Virus record (IMG/VR): IMGVR_UViG_3300034104_003795
Coordinates: 209,998 to 273,997 of that record
Strand: one strand, 5' to 3'
Length of the DNA: 64,000 bases
Below are positions 41,576 to 51,500 of this stretch, piece by piece. Each line of letters starts with the position of its first letter. Within the stretch, counting starts at the first letter, position 1. A program made the position numbers and the translations under genes. The notes below the pieces were generated by a model. It searched no databases and was not told the origin of the DNA. It saw only the letters and a program-made list of their open reading frames with translations.

Positions 41576-43573
41576 TTATTCAAAAACAGCAGATGCACAA
41601 TTTCTACATATAGTTTCGTATGATTGTTTTATCTTTTGGATATGTTCTTCATTACCCCAAAAATCTCTTAATTCTTGTGTCTGTAAGTTTCCAAATTTAA
41701 AATCAAAATCATAATCGTTACAACATAGGAAAGCATCACCATTTGCGTTTACATGCACCCATCCGATTGGTCTACCACCAACTTCTCTACCATTACCACA
41801 ACCGATAACTTTTTTACCTTCATTGTTTTTCATTAAGTTTCGTTGTATCGCCGGACCGTTTGTTATAACTTCATCCAATAATCCCGCTCTATCAATAAGG
41901 TAAGGTACTGTGAATATATTTACACCAGGAAATAATTCTCTTGCTTTTTTCTCTTGCTGAACTAATTCTCCACTTTGTACATTTAAGTCAATATCCGATG
42001 GAAATTGCTCTCCTTTCTCTAACCATCCACCCTTATTACCAAACGATAATTCATGTACACCATTTATCTGAATAGAGAACGCCTTTCTTTGAACCATTTC
42101 AGGTAATTGCTCTACTGCGTATTTAATGTTTGATATTAATTTATCAAATTGTTTTATATTAATACCACTTCGTTTACTCCAAGTTTCTGCATCAAATGCC
42201 GGAGTATTTAAACATATACCACTTAAACAATCCTGATATTCTTTTAATATATCAACTTTTTCAGGTGTTAATGGAATACCATTTGAAAGTACCATTGTTA
42301 CCAATTTATACTTTCTACATATTTTTAATATTTCTTCAAAATGTGGATACAAAAGAACTTCGTTGTAATGTGCTGTATAGAATCCATTGAATGATTTACT
42401 AACCAATCCATCCGGTCTTTCTCTTTCATCTATAAGATTTTTTATAATTTTTTCAAATAGTTCCGGACTCATTACCGCTTTACCTTCGGTTGGATTGCCT
42501 TTATATTTTACAGGACAATACCAACACTTTGCATTACATACGCCATATGGGTCTATTTGTAAGTTTGTAATTTTATATTTGTTAAAATCATTTTTAATTT
42601 TACTCTCATCAGTTTGTTCAATTAAAATAGATTTATTTGCAGTTTCACATATTTCTTTCCAATAATAAGAAGAAGCATATTTTTCACTTATATTTAATGG
42701 TTCGTTGTATGGAAGTTTATCAGTAAAAGCTCCTTTATAAAATAAACCCTTTGAATACGAATGTATATGAGTTGAATCCGCTACAACTCCTGCATTGTGT
42801 AGTATAGGATATTTTTCTACTTCCGAAATATCACCAGTTACCCACCCAAAATCCAATCGTTCATCTACTATCGTTTCATGTCCCGCTAACCAAGCATTCC
42901 AAAGAAGTGCCCACATTCCCGCAGTCCATTTTTGTATTGGATAATCATATTCACTTTTCTTAACATGCAAATGTTCAGTATCACAAAAATATTTATATAG
43001 ATTTATACTATCGGTTTCTACTTTATCCCAAAATTCATATGTTGTGTTTTTAACAATATATTGTGCTCCACCTGAATTGTTATTTAGTAGTTTGGGTATT
43101 AACGGGTCTATTCCAACTATTTCACACATCTTTTTATAAATGTGTTCACCCTTACCTATTATATAATCATAATTTATATAAAATTTAGTATTAGATAAGT
43201 ACCAGCTATTACCCCTTATCATATCATCAAATTTGGGTGTCTTTGTCAAAACTATATCCGAATCATGTAAAAATAAAACATCATCTTGTATTTCAGTTCT
43301 TGCTGCAATATGTTGCTTCATCAAATTGAAATAAATAGATGGTTGATATCCTTTATCAGTTCTAGTATCATTATAAAAGAAAAAACGAACACTATTATAA
43401 TGTAGCATCAATTTTCGCCATTCGTCAGGAATTACACCATTTTCTATTCCACAAACTATATCAATGTAGTTTGGGTTTACTCCCATTTTTTTAAAGTTAT
43501 TAATTAAAACTTCAACTTGCCAAGTATAATAAGTGATTGCCGGTTGGCAACATATATAACGTAATTTTTTCAT
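41576..43573 (-). CDS. Fusion: N-terminal GT-A-like (DxD) putative protein O-glycosyltransferase + radical SAM + SPASM/twitch domain
   Basis: N-term YYTWQVEVLINNF...YQPSI...LFLHDSDIVL; radical SAM CNAKCWYC; C-term CGN...WVHVNANGDAFLCCND...FGNL...CRNC. Confidence 0.75.
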   Translation of the reverse strand: MKKLRYICCQPAITYYTWQVEVLINNFKKMGVNPNYIDIVCGIENGVIPDEWRKLMLHYNSVRFFFYNDTRTDKGYQPSIYFNLMKQHIAARTEIQDDVLFLHDSDIVLTKTPKFDDMIRGNSWYLSNTKFYINYDYIIGKGEHIYKKMCEIVGIDPLIPKLLNNNSGGAQYIVKNTTYEFWDKVETDSINLYKYFCDTEHLHVKKSEYDYPIQKWTAGMWALLWNAWLAGHETIVDERLDFGWVTGDISEVEKYPILHNAGVVADSTHIHSYSKGLFYKGAFTDKLPYNEPLNISEKYASSYYWKEICETANKSILIEQTDESKIKNDFNKYKITNLQIDPYGVCNAKCWYCPVKYKGNPTEGKAVMSPELFEKIIKNLIDERERPDGLVSKSFNGFYTAHYNEVLLYPHFEEILKICRKYKLVTMVLSNGIPLTPEKVDILKEYQDCLSGICLNTPAFDAETWSKRSGINIKQFDKLISNIKYAVEQLPEMVQRKAFSIQINGVHELSFGNKGGWLEKGEQFPSDIDLNVQSGELVQQEKKARELFPGVNIFTVPYLIDRAGLLDEVITNGPAIQRNLMKNNEGKKVIGCGNGREVGGRPIGWVHVNANGDAFLCCNDYDFDFKFGNLQTQELRDFWGNEEHIQKIKQSYETICRNCASAVFE

Positions 43574-43596
43574 AACTTTTAAAATTAATTTTTATT

Positions 43597-45045
43597 TTAC
43601 AAACACAATGCACAATTAACTCCAATTGCAGAAGGAGTAAACAATATATAATTATTTGGTCCAGGATAAGCTCCTAATCCAACCACAGACCACGTTTCTC
43701 CAGCATAGGATACGCAACCAGGACTACTTCCCGCAATAGCCTCAAGTGTATATTGAGCTCCGGTATATGCTCCTGCACCAGTACAAGGTTCATAATCCCA
43801 ATATTCATATACAACAGCCGATGTTGTTGTTGTGGTTGGTGCAGATGGACACGAACTACAATTCGTTCCTACATAACTAGAACCATCACCCAAATCAATA
43901 TCAAATGAAGGACCAAATGTAATACCAGTTAATCTTACACAAACATATGCGGTAGCAGTTTCAAATACACTATTAACTACCTGGTCAACGGTAAATCTAA
44001 CAACACCGGCACTTATAGCAGTATCACAGTATTCAGCGCTAAAATAGAAATAAGATGGCCCTGCGGTTGTGGTTGTTGTAGTTGTTGGTGCAGCTGTGGT
44101 TGTTGTAGTTGTTAGCGGTGTTTCGCAACCATACGCTATACATTCCTCATATGATGTGTAAATACCATTTCCAGTTCCAACATTTGTACATGTACCAAGA
44201 ATACAATCCCAATCCAAAGATGCAGCTGCTGTTGTAGTTGTAGTTGTTGTAGGCGCTTCCGTAGTTGTAGTTGTTGTAGGCGCTTCCGTAGTTGTAGTTG
44301 TTGTTGCAGCTTCCGTTGTAGTTGTAGTAGTAGCTGCTTCCGTTGTAGTTGTAGTAGTAGCTGCTTCCGTTGTAGTTGTAGTAGTAGCTGCTTCCGTAGT
44401 TGTAGTTGTAGTTGGTGCCGCGGTTGTTGTAGTTGGTGCCGCAGTTGTTGTAGTTGTGGTTGTAGTTGTAGTTGTGGTTGTAGTTGTGGTTGTAGTTGTG
44501 GTTGTAGTTGTGGTTGTTGTAACAGAAAGACAAGTACCCTTATCGTTTAATACACCATCATTACTTATAATATAATAGTTTGTTCCATCTGAATAATATC
44601 CATTTGATGCAATCGTAGTTAATCCACTATTTGTAAAAAGTTTTGTACTTTCGGTTAGTGTTACTCCCCCATACGAATAATACGTTGTTGGGGAAAGTGC
44701 AAAATCATAACAAGAGTTTCCAGCAGAAGATGCATCATATCCTAAACTAAATGAAGATGGTGCTAATGTTGTAGTAGTTGGTGCGTTAGTTGTAGTTGTA
44801 GTTGTGGTTGTTGTAGTTGGTGTAAATTCACTAGTACCCATACAATCACTACTACCACCTTGTAAAAGTTCTATGGTTGCACCAGCTGGTGCTGCTATAC
44901 TACCGGGTTGTGCTTCTATCACTACCGAATTTAAAGTTTCACTTAAAAAAATAGATGGTCCAGTAAAGCCTTCACACTCTAACCAAGACACATTTCCACT
45001 AGTACTACTAGCTAACGTTACTCTATATATGTTTACAGTTGGCAT
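43597..45045 (-). CDS. Mucin-like Thr-rich protein with Cys-containing domains (482 aa), probably virion-exposed
   Basis: Run of ~26 Thr plus six (EA[A/P]TTTTTT) units, further T-runs, Cys-rich domains between them; no signal peptide evident. Confidence 0.75.
   Translation of the reverse strand: MPTVNIYRVTLASSTSGNVSWLECEGFTGPSIFLSETLNSVVIEAQPGSIAAPAGATIELLQGGSSDCMGTSEFTPTTTTTTTTTTNAPTTTTLAPSSFSLGYDASSAGNSCYDFALSPTTYYSYGGVTLTESTKLFTNSGLTTIASNGYYSDGTNYYIISNDGVLNDKGTCLSVTTTTTTTTTTTTTTTTTTTTTTTTTTAAPTTTTAAPTTTTTTEAATTTTTTEAATTTTTTEAATTTTTTEAATTTTTTEAPTTTTTTEAPTTTTTTTAAASLDWDCILGTCTNVGTGNGIYTSYEECIAYGCETPLTTTTTTAAPTTTTTTTAGPSYFYFSAEYCDTAISAGVVRFTVDQVVNSVFETATAYVCVRLTGITFGPSFDIDLGDGSSYVGTNCSSCPSAPTTTTTSAVVYEYWDYEPCTGAGAYTGAQYTLEAIAGSSPGCVSYAGETWSVVGLGAYPGPNNYILFTPSAIGVNCALCL
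44230..44520 (-). repeat. 27-nt tandem repeats and ACN-codon run encoding poly-Thr
   Basis: gttgtagttgtagtagtagctgcttcc x3 and gtagttgtagttgttgtaggcgcttcc x2; 44443-44520 is all Thr codons. Confidence 0.9.
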
Positions 45046-45055
45046 TTATTATTAA

Positions 45056-45514
45056 TTAAAAAGGTATTTGACCTAATATTTCAGTTGGCCATTTTTCTCT
45101 TATTTGAACCAAATTAGTTATATCTGAAAAATCAATATTTGTCAAATCTCTTAATTCTTGTTTTTTTGTAACTATTTCTTGAATTAATGTTTGATTTCCA
45201 GTTTCCAATACCCTCATATATTGTAAATCCAAATCAGGAAATAATTCACTCCTTTTGTATCTCACATAATTTAAAAATAATTCTTTTGCCTTTTCTAAAT
45301 TTAAAGATGGAATCGCAGTTGAACCATTCTCATCATCAAAATTAAAATCATAACAAAAATTAAATGGATAATCAATTTGAGAATCATCATACATAAAAAC
45401 ATAATTTGAATTCAATGGAATTACATTTTTGATTATAAAATCAATAGTTTCTTCATTTGATGATGTCCATTTGATTTCACCATTTTTTTCACTTATAATT
45501 ATTTTTGGTTTCAT
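45056..45514 (-). CDS. Tail fibre assembly chaperone-like protein (152 aa)
   Basis: C-terminal VRYKRSELFPDLDLQYMRVLE...KKQELRDLT...WP pattern typical of phage fibre assembly chaperones; downstream of a large tail gene. Confidence 0.6.
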   Translation of the reverse strand: MKPKIIISEKNGEIKWTSSNEETIDFIIKNVIPLNSNYVFMYDDSQIDYPFNFCYDFNFDDENGSTAIPSLNLEKAKELFLNYVRYKRSELFPDLDLQYMRVLETGNQTLIQEIVTKKQELRDLTNIDFSDITNLVQIREKWPTEILGQIPF

Positions 45515-45529
45515 AAATTATTTATTTTT

Positions 45530-48500
45530 TTATCTTGATAATACCACAAAATCAACAATTTCAGGTGACTGATGTCCTCCTAGATTACCACCGATATATG
45601 TTGTTGCAATACCAGGACTACTATGATTAGGTCTTTCTATTCTAAAAGAAAATCCAGTAGTACTTTTTCCAGTAATTACAGCAATACTTCCAACTTCCTG
45701 AGTAGCGTATGTTAAATTTGATGTTGTAAATAAAATAATATAATCATTGGAATCTAATGCGGTTGTAAATACGATATCATAGATATTGAATGACCCTATA
45801 CTAAATGAGGTACTAATATTATAACGATTTAGAATAGTATATTTTGTAGTATCAGTAATTCCTCCACCATTATATCTAATTGTTCCAAACGCTTTTACTG
45901 CTGGTGGGTATCCATATCCATTACTAAATCTGGATATTGCTCTATCCACCATTAAACTACCCGTAATTTCATTTGAGAAACTATAAGAACCACTTATACC
46001 ATCTCTTACTCTTAAATACTTATCATCTGCTAAAACGGCTTGGAAACCACCACCGTTTACAACAGTACCCGCGGATACCGTTTTTATTGTTATGGTTCCA
46101 GTAGAAGATAAAACAAAACTAGTTTCTGCTTCCGAATCAATTCCAAATGGCGGATATGATGGTAATGATGTATCTATACTTTGGTTTTGCACAACAACTC
46201 TTAAAGTTAAATAATATGTTACACCTTGTTGTAAATCCGCAATTAATGAAAATTTAGTCGCTGGTAGCTCCATTTGGGCTGCAGCCGCAAAGTAATATGT
46301 ATCCCAACCAAATCCATTCCAAACCTGATAAGTTTGTATGCTCCCATTTGCATATGCCGTTGCGTAATTTGATTGCCCAACAAATTCGGTAAAAAATTGC
46401 GGTGCATGGCCTGTTTTAGTTAGTTGTAAATTTACGTTTATACCAGCTGCCGCATCACCAGTAGCCCTTGCATAGCTGGAACCGTTAAATGGCATTGTGT
46501 AAGTTATAATGTGTTGTCCAGATGCTCCAGCGGTGAATGAACCTCCAGATGATGGTATTATATAATAGTCATAGGAAATAAGTCCGTAAGATGGAGGAGC
46601 ATATGTTCCATCATTTGGAACTGCATTAGTTTGTAATGACGAAGTTGATACAGTTGGTAAAGTTGCAGAAGAATATGTTACACCAGTTGGGGATGGTAGT
46701 GTTAATTGTGTATTTGCAAAGAATCTTAAACTACCAGAATCATCAAATACGGCAATAGATTCGGATGGGTCTGAATACAATTGTATATTTTGATTTGCTG
46801 ATATTATAGAACCTTCTCCGATTGTCCATCCACCAATCTGTCCATCATTTGAGCTAATTGAACCCTGAATGGTTAAATCTTCTCCATTCCAAATCAATGA
46901 ACCAGATGTACCTATTAAAGATACTTTTGGTTGAGATGCATCGAATCCTATAAAAATACCAGGATTATTAAATCCTTGCACTTGTGATTCCGTTACCCAA
47001 CTACCAGGACCTATACTAGAACTTATTTGTCCGATTGAAATGTATGGATTTGCATTTGAACCACTTTCATTTGCGTTAAGAACAATAAGTGCGTTTGCAC
47101 CCTTTGCACCAATATTGATACTTTTATCAACATATTGCTCAACTGCAAATAATACATCAGTTGCTACCGAACTAAATTGTGCACCAAATGTAGTCCAGTT
47201 TGCGTTTGGTGGACTGCCCCAAATTGTACCAAGTTGTCCATTCTTACTCGTATCATTTACCAAATAATAGGTACTACCTTGTTTTACAATATCTCTCCTT
47301 TCAGTTGTATGGAAATAATTTGTACTGGTACTAAAGAGACCTCTATATACTACACCGGCTCCGTTCGCTCCGTTTGTTCCACTTACGCCAGATGTACCAC
47401 TTACACCAGATGTACCTGCTGCTGCATATACTGACCAACTATTAGTTGCGTTTGGTGGATATCCTGTATCAATATTAGTATTATTTGTTGAAGTATGTGA
47501 AACTCCACAAATATAACTTGCTCCACCATATGTTACGGTATCATCTTCGTAATATGTTGTTGCAGTTTGCCAAGCTCCTCTAAAAGAACCTTCTGGTATT
47601 CCAGGTTGTCTTTGTCTAATACTACCAACTATCGTTAATTGGTCTCCATCCCAAAACATGCCTTTGCCAGATGTACCAGTTGTTTTAATTGAAAAACGTC
47701 CTGTTGTACCATTTGTACCATCTTCATATAATCCCAAGAAAACACCAGGTCTATTATATCCAATAATTCCTGGAGTTGTCAATGATGTTCCACTTGTACC
47801 CGCAGTTCCTTGTGTACCGGTTTGACCAATTGCAATGTATGGGTCTGGTCTTCCACCTGCAATTACAATATTTGCAAATGCACCACTACCATCTTTAGTA
47901 CCAACATTAATTGTATTCTTAACATATGATTCTTGGAATATTGCAATTTGTGCTGCAACAAAGAATTCTTCATTTCCTAAATACTGCCAATATGCATTAT
48001 CACTTGTTGTACCGGTTGGTGCTTGAATTCCTGCACCCGTACCAGGACCACTTTCTTGAATTGCACCATAGTATTGTGTTACGTTTCCATTTGTAGCAGG
48101 GTCTGGATGTATTACGGCATCTCTACGATTACCACTTATATCTGAACCTATGTAATCTATGTCATTTTTCCAAATTCCTCTCATCACAATTCCAGGTCCA
48201 GTATTTCCTTCATATTGAACCGATAACGATTGTGTTTTATATAAAAAATCTCTACCTTCGCAATCAATCTGATATACGATAAATGCGGTTTGATTTACTT
48301 CAGGATTTAACCATTGAGTAATTCCACCCATAACCGCGGGAGAACCACTTACAAATGAACCAGCGGTTAAACTTCCAGATAAAGTAATGTGCGCAGATTT
48401 TGCGTAAATACTTACTCTACATTTTTCTTTCCATCCGGCTTCACCATACATATCAGTATGAGTTTCTTGCCCTGCAATTAAAGAAGCACTATTAACTAGT

Positions 48501-51500
48501 TCAACATCACCTCTATAAACATTTATAGTTGTTGGTGTTAAATTGTATTCAATTTCACCAGATACACGATATATAATTGATGAGTTTTCATTTGTTAATG
48601 TTGCATTATATGGTGCAGGTGCAGTTATTTGAGAACTAAATGATTGTGAATAGAATTCAGATTTTCTACCATTTTCAAAATCAACTTTATAAACAACCGT
48701 TCCCGCAGTATTTACCGCCGGTGCTACCCATCCAGAAACATTTCCTATTTCAGCAGGATTTCCTAATAATCTATTCTGTGGATTTACAGTAATGTATGAT
48801 GACTTTGAATGTATAGATGCAGAATAATATCCTAAATTTCCAATTGGTAAACCGGAATTAGGTCCATATTCATAATATACAACTTGCGAAGAAACATACG
48901 AAGATGTGTGTATTAAAGGTACTCCTGCTTTAAATGCTCTAATTTGTGTTCCACTACCGGTAAAGGCAGTTTCCCATAGAGAAACTTGAATAGAAGTGTT
49001 TTCGTTTGTTACGTTTGCAGTAAAAGAATCCGCTCCAGCTTTTACACCAAATATAGTAATCTCATCAACCGCTCGTATTATATCAGATGCAGAACCATCT
49101 CTCATTTCAACTCTGAAAACTGCAGTTTCGCCTGCAGAAGTTGCATCGGAAGAACCAATGCTGATTTGGTCAGTAGTACTTATACCATAACCCAAATCTC
49201 CATATGTTGCAGAATCTGGATCGTACTTAAACCATTGATAAAATGCCTGTGAACTTGTTATATTAATTGGTGTTGCAGTAAACGTTATATCTCCAACAGG
49301 TGAAATAACTACCGTATCACCATCAAAGTTTACAGTGTTTGTACTTGTTGATAGTTTAACTGTTCTTGCTTTTACAGCATCCGAATTTTTAGTGAAACTT
49401 TGTGTTGCAAATAAATTAACCGAACCAGTTCTATGTCCCGGTAATAAAGAATATGGATATACTCTTAAATTATAGAAAGCACTTGCCGATACATACGGTG
49501 GTAAGAAGTTTGTATAATTCGCACTACCGATTCTCGTTGGTGTTGTAGAATTTGGAGATGAAATGGATGCCGTTTGTATGTTACTTCCAGTAATCGATTG
49601 GAAATACCAAGTACCTCTTTGTTGAGAACTCGTATATATTAGATACTCATTTCCTTCCTTTAATTGTATTGATGTACTAGCCGGTGCATATGTTCTTATA
49701 TATCCAGTTTCAAATGCGGATAATATTGCATTTTGTGGACTGATTAATATTTCAATTGGTGGTGCCCCATCAACCGCTTTGGTAAAGTTTTGAACTAAAC
49801 TTTGTGTATATTTTGATGAAGTGAAATATGGATGAATTAAGAGGTCATAAGTTAAACTCGCACTTAACTCAGTCATATTATTAATTCCAGTTAGTAATAA
49901 CGATGAGGTATTGTTAAAATCAACGGAACCGGTTGATATCATTGATTGTGTCACCGTATTTAACCAGAAATTACCAGGTTGCTTTGATGAACTAAATGCC
50001 AAATACCTTGCACCTTGTTTTAATTTCAATTCAGTATTTGCCGGTGTATATGTTGCAACATCTCCCTTTGCATTTGCATTTAATGTTACATTGGAAGGTG
50101 TCAATTCAAATACTATACTTTCATCACCAGGTTTACCTTCAGGTACAATAGTAAATGTTTTATCAATACTAATTTCGGTTAATGTGTAAGGTTCGGTATA
50201 AGTAAATGTTGCAACTAATACTTTGCTTTGAGATAACGGACTTCCAATAAACGCAGATGGTAATCTTGCAGGTAAACTTCTACCAGCTTCATCCGCTGCA
50301 ACAATTGATATATTGGAATCTTTACTTTGACTAACCCAATACAACCAATATTCTGGTGCAAAATCTGTATTAATTGACATTGATGGATATACCAAAATAG
50401 ATGCCGATATTGGATTCTCATTTGTACCTCTTAAATAAAACGATGCAGTTGCAGATGCGGATACCGGTCTAAAATCAGTTTCATTTCTAAAATTAATTGT
50501 AAAAGTATCGGTATTGTATGTCACAACCGGTGTATCAAGACCATCTTGCAAATCTTCTAAAATTTGTGATGCTAAAACCGATGCCGATGTATTAAATGCC
50601 CAATCCGATGCCGCTGATGCCGAAGATATTAAATAAATTGTTCTTCTCTTATCAATTGAATCTCTATTAAATGTTGCATTAAAATTAATTTCACCAGTAC
50701 CCAACGTACCTTTTGTCAATCCTTGAACAAATCCACTAGCGGATGCATATTGTAAATTTACAAATTTTTCAAAAGGAGCAGAACCGCTAAGTACGTGAAG
50801 TTGTATTAAATTCCACCCTCTATCTGGTCTTGAACCACTATAAAGTTCAATATCATTTATACCATCAATTCTTACTGCCTGAATTTCTAAAGATGCAGTA
50901 CTACTATTTCTAATTTGAGTTCCTCTATAAGGTCTAATAATATGATTAACTCCACCAAACCCATCTAATACTGCGGTGATAGTTACCGTATCGGTTACGC
51001 CTTCACACTCTCCCGTAAATGTTACCAACTGAACATCTATATCACTTCTACTACCAGTAAAATTCCCAACAGTTAAAACCGGTATATCTGGATTTGTTAA
51101 ATTTAATGTACCAGGAAATGTACCACCAGCATATTGCGATGCCGATAAAACATTTCCAAAGAAATCAATAGAAGATGATGTGAAGTTTACAGAACCAGTT
51201 AATAAAGTTTTTTGAATATTAAATGCAATTGCAGTTGGTGGTATAGGTTGCGAACCCGAATCAAATTGAAAATATAAAGAAGTTGGATTTAAACTTAATT
51301 TTTTCTCAATTCTTTGAATATTTCCACCATCAAATTCTTTAGATGCTTCTACATTAACCGGAATGTAATTACCATTTATATCATAAAATTTAAAAAGATA
51401 ATCAAATCTTTCAGATACCAAACTTCTAGGTACTGATTGTACCACCGTTAATTCGTTAGGTGAGAATGATGTTTCTTGAGATGCTTTAATACTAATATCT

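Noticed and set aside
44230-44400. 27-nt direct repeats that could suggest a CRISPR array
   Set aside because: Head-to-tail tandem with no unique spacers, in frame within a CDS, no cas genes.
44147-44533. Minus-strand NYN-repeat ORF (128 aa)
   Set aside because: Alternate frame of the poly-Thr codons.
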